Source: a bacterium (GTDB lineage Bacteria; Patescibacteriota; Patescibacteriia; SG8-24). Taken from it: 64,000 nt of DNA. Under the pieces are notes generated by a model. That model searched no databases. It was not told the origin of the DNA and worked only from the letters and a program-made list of their open reading frames with translations. The stretch lies in the NCBI GenBank assembly GCA_021824285.1, contig JAKAKZ010000002.1, forward strand, positions 1,303 through 65,302, written 5' to 3'. Below, one piece after another: positions 1 to 9,144 of this stretch. Numbering within the stretch: position 1 is the stretch's first letter; the number at the start of each line of letters is the position of its first letter. The position numbers and the translations under genes are program-made.

Positions 1-368
1 TCGAGAAAGCGCGCGCCGCCGAAGATGCCATCCGAGACGCCGCAGGTCAGCACCGGTTTCCGGCGATACTCCGCGAAGCAGGCGTCCCAGACGATCTTGA
101 GCTCGGCCGGGTAGCCATGGTTGTATTCCGGCGCGACGACGATGAAACCGTCGGCCGCGGCCGCCGCCGTACGCCAAGGAGCCGTTTCCGGCACCGGGTC
201 CTTGGGACCGTGGGTCACCCGCGTGGCCAGCTCGCCGGCATCGAAAATCTCGGCTCGCCAGCCGCGCCTTCCGGCCAGCTCGCGGATCAGTTCCGCGACC
301 TTGGCCGATTTCCGGTCTGTCCGACCGGTGCCGAGCAGGATCGGGACGAAAAATTCCTGTGGTTCCAT
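1..368 (-). CDS. NADPH-dependent FMN reductase family protein (3' end runs off window start)
   Basis: Minus-strand translation MEPQEFFVPILLGTGRTDRKSAKVAELIRELAGRRGWRAEIFDAGELA...DGFIVVAPEYNHGYPAELKIVWDAC matches the flavodoxin-like NADPH-FMN reductase pattern (AD..vvatPeYN...lKnaiDw). ATG at 368. Confidence 0.6.
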   Translation of the reverse strand, partial: MEPQEFFVPILLGTGRTDRKSAKVAELIRELAGRRGWRAEIFDAGELATRVTHGPKDPVPETAPWRTAAAAADGFIVVAPEYNHGYPAELKIVWDACFAEYRRKPVLTCGVSDGIFGGARFL

Positions 369-511
369 AGAGATGATGTTCGGGATGATTCTACTCCTCT
401 CCCGCCGGAACGGAAATGGCCGGATTGACTGATCCCGGATTTTCAGGTTAATTTGGTCTGCCGTACCTTGACTTAAGGCCGAGATAGGCCGCCGACCGAA
501 AGGAGAGCCAC

Positions 512-1162
512 ATGAGGCGTCTGTTCAGACGGCTGGAAAAGGAAGGCGTGCTGGACCCTGCGGTCCAACGCGAGATCGACAGCCTCCGGCAGCACGGCAT
601 CTTCGCCATCGCGAGTCCGGATCTCCAGGAGGCCGTCATCGACTACCTGACCGAGTGCGCGCCGACCGGCTTCTTCACCAAGGGCGCCACCCGGACCGGC
701 AAGCATCACCCGAGCTGGCAGAACGGCCCGTCCGGCATCCTGCGCAACACGACGGAGTGCTGCCTGATCCTGCCGGGACTCGCCTCCTCGCTTCCGGACT
801 TCCTCGACGACGGCAAGCAGGTCCGCCTGGACATGCTGGACATCGCCTACGCGGCGACCATCGTCTCGGACTCGCTCAAATGGAACCGGCTGGGCGAGTG
901 GTCCACCGCACCGCACGAAATCGCAGGCGCGAAGGCCTGGACGGATTTCGCCCTGCCACGCGTCAAGCGGACCCGGCTCACGCTCGGCGAAGTGCTGGGC
1001 GTCGAGCAGGCCGTGCGCTGGCACCACGGCGTCTGGAGCGCCGACTTCCGCAAGGGGCAGGGCCTGACGCCGGAATCCTGGCTCGTGCACCTCTCGGACA
1101 CGGTCCTGGCCCAGAAGGCGCTCGAGAAGATCTACGAGCCCAAGCAACGTATCGACGACTGA
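512..1162 (+). CDS. hypothetical protein
   Basis: AAGGAG SD 7 nt upstream of ATG. High GC3 codon usage. Followed by hairpin-T terminator. No recognisable motif. Confidence 0.55.
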   Translation: MRRLFRRLEKEGVLDPAVQREIDSLRQHGIFAIASPDLQEAVIDYLTECAPTGFFTKGATRTGKHHPSWQNGPSGILRNTTECCLILPGLASSLPDFLDDGKQVRLDMLDIAYAATIVSDSLKWNRLGEWSTAPHEIAGAKAWTDFALPRVKRTRLTLGEVLGVEQAVRWHHGVWSADFRKGQGLTPESWLVHLSDTVLAQKALEKIYEPKQRIDD

Positions 1163-1165
1163 CCC

Positions 1166-1191
1166 AACCGCGCCTCCGCGCGGTTTTTTCT
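1166..1191 (+). terminator. rho-independent terminator (ccgcgcctccgcgcgg + T-run)
   Basis: GC hairpin followed by ttttttct directly after stop of 512..1162. Confidence 0.6.
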
Positions 1192-1212
1192 TAGGGAGGT
1201 CGGTAATAAAAA

Positions 1213-1236
1213 AGACCGGCGCTCTGGCCGGTCCGA
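1213..1236 (-). terminator. rho-independent terminator for minus-strand gene 1240..1644
   Basis: gaccggcgctctggccggtc hairpin with T-run on minus strand (aaaaag on plus). Confidence 0.5.
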
Positions 1237-1239
1237 AAG

Positions 1240-1644
1240 CTACTTCTTGTCCGGAGGCTTCGGGCCGCCCTCCTTGGGCTCCACCACGACCTCCTTCGAG
1301 ACCTTCTTGCCGCCGGCCTCGCCCTCGACCTTCACCTTGATCTCCTTCACGGCCTCGCGGCTGACCTGCTTGCCCGCGTCCTCCGTGGCCTTCTTGGCCG
1401 CGTCGAGCTGGGCGCCGGAGCCGTTGTCCTTCTGCTTCTCGACAGCCTCCTTCACCTGCTCCTTGAGGTTCTCCTTGACCTTCTTGGCGTAGTCGAGCTT
1501 GCGCGCGGTGTCGTCCTTGTCCCGGCCCTTCTCGGGCGTGACCGTGACGTGCACCTTCTCCTTCTCGAGCGGCGCCTTTTCCGGCGGCGGAGGCGGAGCC
1601 TTGTCCGGCGGCGGGGTCTTGCTGTCCTTCTGATCGTCGGCCAT
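1240..1644 (-). CDS. Lys/Pro/Glu-rich low-complexity protein (hypothetical)
   Basis: GGAGG SD then ATG (MADDQKDSKTPPPDKAPPPPPEKAPLEKEK...). Highly charged K/E/P-rich sequence, possibly disordered. Confidence 0.45.
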   Translation of the reverse strand: MADDQKDSKTPPPDKAPPPPPEKAPLEKEKVHVTVTPEKGRDKDDTARKLDYAKKVKENLKEQVKEAVEKQKDNGSGAQLDAAKKATEDAGKQVSREAVKEIKVKVEGEAGGKKVSKEVVVEPKEGGPKPPDKK

Positions 1645-1830
1645 GTCCGGCCTCCTGTTTTTGCGCGTAATCACGCGGTGCAATGAGCTGAACGGCTCAG
1701 GACGAGAATGCCATGGCCGCTTTCTTTTGGCAAGATGGACGCCTAGCCGCTCACGACCGCCGTGCAGACCAAAAAACGGCGCGCCGAGAGGCGTGCCGCT
1801 GCTGGTTTCGGGGCGACAGATGATAATCGC

Positions 1831-2535
1831 TCATTTGGCCAAGAGCCGAGCGATATCCGGATATTTGGCCAGGTAATCAGCCGGGCACTGCGTCTTGGTC
1901 GAGGAAGCGGACAGGTTCGGCACGCAAGCCGGCAGCCACCAATCGTCTCGACTGCTCGTGAACGGCCACAGGTTGTCGGCCTCTCCGCCATCCTTGAAGA
2001 ACAGCCGGACGCGGATGAACTTGGAGAGCGGCTTCTGGCGCTCGATGAGCACGGCCGAAAGCGGCCGACCGACGGCCTTGTAGTAATCGGTGGCCGGCTC
2101 GGAAACCATCGCCTGAATCAGCGCCCGATCGTTCGCGTCCGCGAGCGAGAAGACGAAAGCCGTCTTCTCCTCGGCTACCGGCGCGGGCGCCGAGGGAGGC
2201 GGCGGCGTATGGCGGCTCGAATAGTTCGCGCGCAGCAGCGAGTAGGAATCGGCCATGGCTTCCAACTGTCCTGACTGCCAGGTCACGTAGAACAGGTTGG
2301 CGATGCCGAGCGCCAGGATCGCCAAAATGGCCAACAGGCTGAGCAGGCCGATTTTCTGGCCGCGCCCAGACTGAAGGGTCGCGGTCGGAGCCGAGCGAGC
2401 CACTTCAATGCGCGGTACAGCCGCCTTGCGCGAGACCGGCCGTTTCCGGGCAGTTTTTTTCGGAGAAGCCGGTTGCGGCTTATCCTCCGTCGGCGGAACC
2501 GGTTGCAGCTCCTCGTTCTCCATAAGAATTGGCAT
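1831..2535 (-). CDS. membrane-anchored hypothetical protein
   Basis: Pro/Lys-rich N-terminal region, then single TM helix (IGLLSLLAILAILALGIANLFYV) and C-terminal domain. Start ambiguous (2535 or 2523). Confidence 0.5.
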   Translation of the reverse strand: MPILMENEELQPVPPTEDKPQPASPKKTARKRPVSRKAAVPRIEVARSAPTATLQSGRGQKIGLLSLLAILAILALGIANLFYVTWQSGQLEAMADSYSLLRANYSSRHTPPPPSAPAPVAEEKTAFVFSLADANDRALIQAMVSEPATDYYKAVGRPLSAVLIERQKPLSKFIRVRLFFKDGGEADNLWPFTSSRDDWWLPACVPNLSASSTKTQCPADYLAKYPDIARLLAK

Positions 2536-2646
2536 TACGGTTTATCGTACGCCGCAATTGTAGCAAACGCGGTGGGGGGTGCGCCAATCGGGTGGTTGAA
2601 AGTTCGGATTTTGAAGTTGCCCCGCCACATATCTCTGAATCAGAGA

Positions 2647-2682
2647 GGGCGGGGTCCCGCCTGAATGGCGGGAAAAGTTATT
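2647..2682. repeat. palindromic intergenic repeat GGCGGGGTCCCGCC-N6-GGCGGGAAAAG (copy 1)
   Basis: Same core found at 8388-8416 (inverted), 13119-13150 and 31965-31992 (inverted). Confidence 0.7.
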
Positions 2683-2760
2683 GAAATCGCGTCTGGAGGT
2701 ACGACTTCAACTGACCGATAACTCTCAACTTTCAACTTTTGAACTTTAAACCACCCCACC

Positions 2761-4053
2761 CTACTTCTTCTCCGTCAGCGTCACCGCCACCGTCTTCTCC
2801 TCGCCGCGGTGCAGGACCTTCAGCGTGATTTTGTCTCCGGGCGCGTATTTCGACAGCGCCTGATCCAATGGAAAATCCTCAGTGAGTTTCTGCCCGCTGA
2901 CCTCCAGAACGATATCGTTCTCCATGAGACCGGCCTTATCCGCAGGCGAGCCCGGCAGCACGGCCAGGTCAGTCTGCTTGTCGCCGCGTACGATGAGCGC
3001 GCCGTTGTCCACGGACAGCTGGTTGGCTTTCTTGATGTCCTTGTCGATCATCACGAAGCGGATGCCGAGGAACGGCCGGACGAGCTTGCCGCCTTTCCGC
3101 ACCGTCTCCACCGCCCGGCGCACGTCGTTGATCGGCAGCGCGAAGCCGATGTTCTGCGAACCCTGTACGATGGCCACGTCCACGCCGATCACCTGGCCCT
3201 TGAGATTCAGGAGCGGGCCGCCGGAATTGCCTGGATTAATGGCCGCATCGGTCTGGATGACGCCGAACAGGTTCTCCGACGACTGGCCGTCGGAGACGCC
3301 TTTGAGCGATCGCTGGAGCCCGGAGACGATGCCGGAGGAAACGGTGTTCCCGAACTCGCCGAGCGCGTAGCCGATGGCGATAGCGCGTTGTCCGACCTGC
3401 AGGGCATCTGAATCGCCATAAGCGAGCGTCGGCAGGCCAGTGGCCTCCACCTTCAGCACGGCCACGTCGTTCGACGGATCGCGCGCCAGGACCTTGACCG
3501 GGAACGTGCGGCCGTCGGCCAGGACCGCCGTGTACTCCGCGGTCTCGTCCGCCACCACGTGCCGGTTCGTGACGATATAGCCGTCAGCGGAGACGATGAA
3601 GCCGCTGCCCGCGCCCACTTTCTTCTTTTCAGTCCCCTTCTGCTGGTACTGCGGCACCTGGAACTGCGGTGAGTTGCCGAAAAACTGGCTGAAGAAATCG
3701 TTGTTGCCGAACGGATTCACCATCTGCTGCTCGTAGACCGGCATGTCCTTGCTGATGATGATGGAGACGACCGCCGGACTCGCCTTCTTCACCGCCGCGA
3801 TGGTCAGCTGCTCATCGGTCTGGACCTCCGGCTTCGGCGCCGCGGCTGTCCGGCGGATAAAAGCCGGGCCGGCGACGCCCCGGCCGTCGTCGCCCATCAT
3901 GGGCAGGAGCGAAAGCAGGTCACCTGGCACAGGGCTCGAGACGGCAAAAACACCGGCTAGGAAACCGGTTCCGGCGGAGAGGATGACGGAAATCAGGATG
4001 GTGAGGGCCGCCGTGGCGGAAGGCGGCAACGGTTTGTGCTCCGGCATATTCAT
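2761..4053 (-). CDS. htrA: HtrA/DegP-family trypsin-like serine protease with PDZ domain
   Basis: Motifs GSGFIVSADGYIVTNRHVV, GNSGGPLLNLKGQVIGV (catalytic Ser). C-terminal PDZ-like region. N-terminal signal/TM. Confidence 0.9.
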   Translation of the reverse strand: MNMPEHKPLPPSATAALTILISVILSAGTGFLAGVFAVSSPVPGDLLSLLPMMGDDGRGVAGPAFIRRTAAAPKPEVQTDEQLTIAAVKKASPAVVSIIISKDMPVYEQQMVNPFGNNDFFSQFFGNSPQFQVPQYQQKGTEKKKVGAGSGFIVSADGYIVTNRHVVADETAEYTAVLADGRTFPVKVLARDPSNDVAVLKVEATGLPTLAYGDSDALQVGQRAIAIGYALGEFGNTVSSGIVSGLQRSLKGVSDGQSSENLFGVIQTDAAINPGNSGGPLLNLKGQVIGVDVAIVQGSQNIGFALPINDVRRAVETVRKGGKLVRPFLGIRFVMIDKDIKKANQLSVDNGALIVRGDKQTDLAVLPGSPADKAGLMENDIVLEVSGQKLTEDFPLDQALSKYAPGDKITLKVLHRGEEKTVAVTLTEKK

Positions 4054-4167
4054 TGGTGCAGGCGCGCGAACGCGCGGCTCGATTGGATTTTACCATCGCC
4101 CCAAAGGGGCATACAACTTTAAATATACGCCAGTCGGGGCGGTTATCTTTCAAAATATAACGAGGCC

Positions 4168-4200
4168 AAAACTCAAAATCCGCCCCGGTTGGGGGCGGAT
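4168..4200 (-). terminator. rho-independent terminator downstream of nrdJ
   Basis: aatccgccccggttgggggcggatt hairpin with T-rich run on minus strand. Confidence 0.55.
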
Positions 4201-4210
4201 TTCGTTTACG

Positions 4211-7200
4211 CTAGGAGCAGCCGCTCGTCGACCCGCAATTTAGGCACTTGTAGCAGGCGCCATTCCGGACCATCATCGCGCCGCAGGTGTCGCACACCGG
4301 CGCGTCGGCCTGGTTGTCGAAGCTCATGGTCAGGGCGTTCGAGGTCCGACCGCGGTCCTTCTGGGCGTCAATCGTCAGCTGGGCGGCCGCGGCGGCGGAT
4401 ATGGCCGTTTTCGGCTCGTCCGGCAGGGGCGTGCAGGATGGCGTGCAGGATTCCGCAGTCGGCGGTTCCGGCGCTGCCATTGCAACCGGCGTCGGCGGCT
4501 CGAACGAGGCCTGACCAGCGTCGCCGATCGTCTGCACTTCGGTATTCACGCCCACGGCCTTCGCCTCTTCCGGCGACAGGAACTTCAGCGCCAGCCAGCG
4601 GAAGATGTAGTCCACGATGGACTTGGCGATGCGGATATTCGGGTTGTTGGTGAAGCCCGACGGCTCGAAGCGCACGTGCGCGAACTTGTTCACGAGCACC
4701 TTTAGCGGCACGCCGTACTGGAGCGCGATGGATGTCGAGGTGGCGAAGGCGTCGATGAGGCCGGCGATGACCGAACCGCCCTTGGCCATGCGGATGAAGA
4801 ACTCGCCCGGCGTGCCGTCGTCATACAGGCCGACGGTGATGTAGCCCTCATGTCCCGCCACCGAGAACTTGTGAGTGAGCGACTTGCGCTCGTCCGGCAG
4901 GCGGCGGCGAAGCGGGCGGTACTCGATCTTGACCTGCGGGGATTGGGTATTGGTGGCTGGTGGCCGGTGGCCGGTGGCTGGTGCTGTGGCTTCTGTAGAT
5001 TTGGTGGAAGCGGCTGGAGCAGGCTTCTTGTCCTTTTCCACGGAAGTCGTCAGCACCTGCTGCCCCTTGGAGCCGTCGCGGTAGATGGCCACGGCCTTGA
5101 GGCCCAGCTTCCAGGATTCGATGTAGGCGTCTTCCACGTCCTTGGGCGTGGCCTCGGCCGGCATGTTCACGGTCTTGGAAATGGCGCCGGAGAGGAACGG
5201 CTGGACCGCGCCCATCATGCGGATGTGGCCCATGTACGGGATGGAACGCACGCCCTTGGCCGGCTTGAAGGCGCAGTCGAAGACCGGCAGATGCTCCTTC
5301 CGGAGATGCGGCGCGCCCTCGATGGTGCCCTCGCGGTCGAGGTAAGCGAGAATGGCCTGTTTCTCCGCCTCGGGATAGCCGAGCGCGTCGAGCGCCAGCG
5401 GCACGGTCTGATTGACGATCTTCATGAGCCCACCGCCCACGAGCCACTTGAACTTCACGAGCGCGATGTCCGGCTCAATGCCGGTCGTGTCGCAGTCCAT
5501 GAGAAAGCCGATGGTGCCGGTCGGGGCCAGTACGGAAATCTGGGCGTTGCGGAAACCGCTTGCCATGCCGCGCTCGAGCGCCTGGTCCCAGGATTCGCGC
5601 GCCATGTCCTGCAGATCCTGCGGCACGCCAAGCGGCGGGATGGCATAAGCCTTGTCGCGGTGCATGCCGATGACCTTGAGGAACGGCCGCTCGTTAAGCC
5701 GATAGAAGCGGAACGGTTCGAGCGCCTCGGCGACGGCGGCGGACTGGGCGTAGGCCCGGCCGGACATGAGCGCCGTGATGGCCGCAGCGAAATTGCGCCC
5801 CTCCTCGGAGTCGTAGGCCAAACCGCGCGCCATGAGCAGGGCACCGAGATTGGCGTAGCCCAAGCCGAGCGGCCGGAAATCCTCGCTGTTCTGTTCGATG
5901 GCCGGTGTCGGATAGCTGGAGTTGGAGACCAGGATCTCCATGGCCGTGATGATCACGTCCACGGCATGGACGAAGGACTCCACGTCGAACCCGCCGTCCG
6001 GCAGGCGGAACTTCATCAGGTTAAGCGAGGCCAGGTTGCAGGCCGTGTCGTCCAGGAACATGTACTCCGAGCACGGATTCGAGGCGTTGATGCGGCCGGA
6101 GTTCGGCGAGGTGTGCCAGCGGTTGACGGTCGTATCGTACTGCAGTCCCGGATCGCCGCATTCCCAGGCGGCTTCGGAGATCTTACGCATCAGGTCGCGG
6201 GCGCGCAGGGTCTCGACCGTCTCGCCGGTCGTCACGGCGCGAGTACGCCATTCGCGGTCTTCGAGCACTGCCCGCATGAAGTCGTCGGTCACGCGCACGC
6301 TATTGTTGGCGTTCTGGAAGAAGACCGAGCCGTAGGCCTCGCCGTCAATGGAGCCATCGTAGCCCAGACCGACCAGCGCTTTGGCCTTCCGCTCCTCTTT
6401 CACCTTGCACATGATGTATTCCTCGATGTCCGGGTGGTCGGCGTTCAGGATCACCATCTTGGCCGCACGGCGCGTCTTGCCGCCGGACTTGATGATGCCG
6501 GCGAAGGCGTCGAAACCCTTCATGAAGGACACCGGCCCGGAGGACTTGCCGCTCGAATTGCCCAAATGCTCCTTGGACGAGCGCAGGGTGGAAAGATTGG
6601 AACCGGTGCCGGAACCGTACTTGAAGAGCATGCCCTCCGTCACCGTCAAGTTCAGGATGGAGCGCATGTCGTCGCGCACGGAATTGATGAAGCAGGCGGA
6701 GCACTGCGGCCGCGCGCTGACGCCCACGTTGAACCAGACCGGGCTATTGAAGGCCGCGTGCTGGTTGACGAGCAGGTGCGTCAGTTCGGTCTCAAAGGTA
6801 TCGGCGTCGCCCGGCGTCGCGAAATAGCCGTCATGGCGGCCCCAATCGGAGACGGTCTTGGCCACGCGGTCCACCATCTGGCGCACGGAAGTCTCCCGCT
6901 CCGGCTTGCCGATCTGGCCGCGGAAATACTTGGAGACGCAGATGTTGGTCGCCTGCTGGCTCCAGGATTCCGGCACCTCCACGCCGCGCTGTTCGAAGAC
7001 GTTCTTGCCCTTCTCGTTGGTGATGATGGCATCGCGCACCTCCCAGGTCATCTCGTCGTAAGGATGCACGCCATCGCGGGTGAACCAGCGATGGAAGCGG
7101 ATGCCGCGGGTGTGGCGCGGCGGGGCCGTCGGCACGTCAGCCGCCGTCAGCGTCGCGAAGTACCGTTTGACGGCGTAGGGCAGGTTATTGTCGATCAGGA

Positions 7201-7516
7201 CGCCGGCAATCGTCCGGGCGACATCGTCCGTGGTCGGTACGGCATGCCCGTCGAAATCGCGCTCCAGCCGCATCAGGGCCTGATGCGTGCAGCGCGCCAA
7301 GAGCTGGCTGTCGGAGAGCCCCACGTCCTTGAACGCCTGCGCAAAAGAAATCGCGACCTGGGCGGCGTCAAAGGGCGCCACGCTGCCGTCGCGATGCTTG
7401 ATGGTCGTGACTTTGGTCAATTCCGGGATCTGGTCCAAGATCGCCGCCACGACCTCCTTGGTGTCCTCGTGGCGTGCGCCGAAAGACGCGCGGGTTTTGG
7501 TTTCGGAATGCGGCAT
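4211..7516 (-). CDS. nrdJ: class II (adenosylcobalamin-dependent) ribonucleotide reductase with N-terminal ATP-cone
   Basis: GAGGAGG SD then ATG (MPHSETK). ATP-cone (VTTIKHRDGSVAPFDAAQVAISF). RNR catalytic core. C-terminal zinc ribbon CDTCGAMMVRNGACYKCLNCGS typical of NrdJ. Low-complexity linkers, no intein hallmarks. Confidence 0.9.
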   Translation of the reverse strand: MPHSETKTRASFGARHEDTKEVVAAILDQIPELTKVTTIKHRDGSVAPFDAAQVAISFAQAFKDVGLSDSQLLARCTHQALMRLERDFDGHAVPTTDDVARTIAGVLIDNNLPYAVKRYFATLTAADVPTAPPRHTRGIRFHRWFTRDGVHPYDEMTWEVRDAIITNEKGKNVFEQRGVEVPESWSQQATNICVSKYFRGQIGKPERETSVRQMVDRVAKTVSDWGRHDGYFATPGDADTFETELTHLLVNQHAAFNSPVWFNVGVSARPQCSACFINSVRDDMRSILNLTVTEGMLFKYGSGTGSNLSTLRSSKEHLGNSSGKSSGPVSFMKGFDAFAGIIKSGGKTRRAAKMVILNADHPDIEEYIMCKVKEERKAKALVGLGYDGSIDGEAYGSVFFQNANNSVRVTDDFMRAVLEDREWRTRAVTTGETVETLRARDLMRKISEAAWECGDPGLQYDTTVNRWHTSPNSGRINASNPCSEYMFLDDTACNLASLNLMKFRLPDGGFDVESFVHAVDVIITAMEILVSNSSYPTPAIEQNSEDFRPLGLGYANLGALLMARGLAYDSEEGRNFAAAITALMSGRAYAQSAAVAEALEPFRFYRLNERPFLKVIGMHRDKAYAIPPLGVPQDLQDMARESWDQALERGMASGFRNAQISVLAPTGTIGFLMDCDTTGIEPDIALVKFKWLVGGGLMKIVNQTVPLALDALGYPEAEKQAILAYLDREGTIEGAPHLRKEHLPVFDCAFKPAKGVRSIPYMGHIRMMGAVQPFLSGAISKTVNMPAEATPKDVEDAYIESWKLGLKAVAIYRDGSKGQQVLTTSVEKDKKPAPAASTKSTEATAPATGHRPPATNTQSPQVKIEYRPLRRRLPDERKSLTHKFSVAGHEGYITVGLYDDGTPGEFFIRMAKGGSVIAGLIDAFATSTSIALQYGVPLKVLVNKFAHVRFEPSGFTNNPNIRIAKSIVDYIFRWLALKFLSPEEAKAVGVNTEVQTIGDAGQASFEPPTPVAMAAPEPPTAESCTPSCTPLPDEPKTAISAAAAAQLTIDAQKDRGRTSNALTMSFDNQADAPVCDTCGAMMVRNGACYKCLNCGSTSGCS

Positions 7517-7537
7517 AGGGTCCTCCTCAGGAGTTAT

Positions 7538-7586
7538 GCACAATAGGTTGTATATTACGTTACCATCTTACCACTATAGGTTGTGG
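7538..7586 (-). promoter_or_regulatory. two NrdR-box-like palindromes (gcacaataggttgtat and ccactataggttgtgg, 33 bp apart) in the nrdJ leader
   Basis: Both resemble the NrdR box consensus acaCwAtATaTwGtgt and share ATAGGTTGT. They lie 22-70 nt upstream of the nrdJ ATG. Confidence 0.45.
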
Positions 7587-7761
7587 TGCATGAAATATGA
7601 TCTGTGGATAAATCCGCACCGGCTGGTTAGGCATTATCGAATTTTTTCTCATTGAAATATCGTTCATCCGCATGCCGCCGCATCGGCGGCAAAACGGCAC
7701 CGACCCCCACCAGCGGGGGCCGGCGAATCGGCCGCACTCGGGGACGCAGACGCCCCGTCCG

Positions 7762-8337
7762 CTAGAACGGCATCGTCAGGTTGATGGCCGCCTTCTGCGC
7801 CTGCGGCGCGAAATCGACCTTCACCGAAACGTCCTGCCCCATCCGATCCTTGTACTTCACCTGGCCGCTCTTAAGTCCGTACTCATAGACCTCCTTCGTG
7901 ACCTTCACGTCCTGCAGACAGTAGTCCCGCAGCTTCTGGAGTTCTCCCTTGCGGAAAAATTCAATCGCTTGCAGGCCGTTGCCGGATTTGCCGGTCCCCA
8001 GGCTGGCGTGCGCCACGTCGTCGAGCTTCACGCGGAACCCGATCTGCTTCTCGATGTCCTTCATGATGTCGAGCGTCGGAAATTTCATCAGGTCGCCGGG
8101 GTAATAGGTGTTGAGGACCTGGTAGTCGAAACCGAAAAGGTTGTAGCCGATGATCCGGTCGGCGGACTCCAGCAGCCGCCAAAGTTTCGGCAGGTCCGGT
8201 TCCAGGAACGAAAGATACTCATCGGTCCGGTACAGGTACAGTCCGACGAGCGACACCTGCAGGAGCGAAGGATCGTACTTGCCGACGTCCGCGAAGCTGT
8301 TCGCGGTCTCGATGTCCAAAACGACTTCGTTGCTCAT
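7762..8337 (-). CDS. DEDDy-type 3'-5' exonuclease (RNase H-like fold, PolB-exonuclease-like)
   Basis: Exo I VVLDIETAN, Exo II IIGYNLFGFDYQVL, Exo III YCLQDV motifs. Confidence 0.65.
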   Translation of the reverse strand: MSNEVVLDIETANSFADVGKYDPSLLQVSLVGLYLYRTDEYLSFLEPDLPKLWRLLESADRIIGYNLFGFDYQVLNTYYPGDLMKFPTLDIMKDIEKQIGFRVKLDDVAHASLGTGKSGNGLQAIEFFRKGELQKLRDYCLQDVKVTKEVYEYGLKSGQVKYKDRMGQDVSVKVDFAPQAQKAAINLTMPF

Positions 8338-8377
8338 AAGTTTCAGCAGAGGGCATCTGATTCCCAGGCGCCTCTGG

Positions 8378-8456
8378 ACTTCTAACTCTTCCCGCCATTT
8401 GGGCGGGACCCCGCCTCCTTTGACTAAAGATAAGTGGCGGGGGAACCCCTAAACCA
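8378..8456. repeat. composite intergenic repeat (acttctaac-cttcccgcc-N-gggcgggaccccgcc ... agtggcgggggaacccctaaacc), copy 2
   Basis: Near-identical composite at 31955-32041. Core palindrome shared with copies at 2647 and 13119. Confidence 0.7.
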
Positions 8457-8470
8457 GACAGATCGCTACC

Positions 8471-8618
8471 CTAGGCAGCCGCATTTGCAGTCCCGACCGT
8501 CGTGCGACGCATGGCCGCAATCCGGACAGAACTGTTCGACCTGCTGTTCCGCCTCACAGCCGCACGAGCAGCTGCCGTCATCAAGATGGTCGTGTTCGCA
8601 AACGTTGCAGAGTGACAT
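8471..8618 (-). CDS. small Cys/His-rich protein, 49 aa (putative metal-binding; not in supplied ORF track)
   Basis: Translation MSLCNVCEHDHLDDGSCSCGCEAEQQVEQFCPDCGHASHDGRDCKCGCL*. 10 Cys and 4 His. High GC3 codon usage. No SD. Confidence 0.3.
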
Positions 8619-8727
8619 AACGGTGATTTAGGGCCGATTTCGTCCGGCGTCTTCGCCGGAAAGATTGCTCCGTAGCATTGTCAGCTTAAGGTACGTGAGA
8701 GCGTTGCGCAATGTCCGGTCAAGAGCC

Positions 8728-9042
8728 CTAGCGGCCGGTCGCGCGCTTCAGGTCCTCGACCCGTAAACGAACCAGACGGGCCGCCTCCTCTTTCGTCCGG
8801 ACCCCATCGAGCGCCTGCGCCAATTCGGCATCACCCACGACTTCGCGCACCCATTTCGCCAGATCGTTCTTCGGCGGATTGACGTGATAGGCAAAGATCT
8901 CATCGCTGATCGACGCAAGGCCGGCGGCAAATTCCTCCAAATTGAAAGCGACCAGATGCATATGCAGCCAGAATCCCTTCCACTTGGGCTCCACGTTGCG
9001 CAGATAATACTCCGCGCTCTCGCGGCTGACGTCGACGCTCAT
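8728..9042 (-). CDS. conserved small protein of unknown function (paralog A of 26871..27248)
   Basis: Shares YL..W.AFW.H and E(I/M)FA(Y/H)HV..KND(L/I)A.W(V/I) motifs with the ORF overlapping the GH57 gene end. TATAAT 11 nt upstream of ATG with no SD (likely leaderless). Confidence 0.6.
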   Translation of the reverse strand: MSVDVSRESAEYYLRNVEPKWKGFWLHMHLVAFNLEEFAAGLASISDEIFAYHVNPPKNDLAKWVREVVGDAELAQALDGVRTKEEAARLVRLRVEDLKRATGR

Positions 9043-9144
9043 ACCACCAAATTATAGAAAGATAGCGGCCTGCTGGCAAACGGCATTGCTTTTTCCCAGC
9101 CAGACTGAAAAACTTAGTGCGCTCCTTAAACCTGCGAGATTCCG

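Noticed and set aside
4211-7516. Possible intein in the unusually long (1101 aa) nrdJ
   Set aside because: No intein block motifs (no Cys/Ser-His...His-Asn junction pattern). Extra length is explained by the ATP-cone, Pro/Thr/Ala-rich linkers (encoded partly by a short ccaccggccaccggccaccagccacc tandem repeat at about 4955-4990) and the C-terminal zinc ribbon.
4850-7546. 898-aa plus-strand ORF covering nrdJ on the opposite strand
   Set aside because: Antisense shadow ORF typical of high-GC DNA. Arg/Gly/Ala-rich translation without motifs. The minus strand encodes an unmistakable class II RNR.
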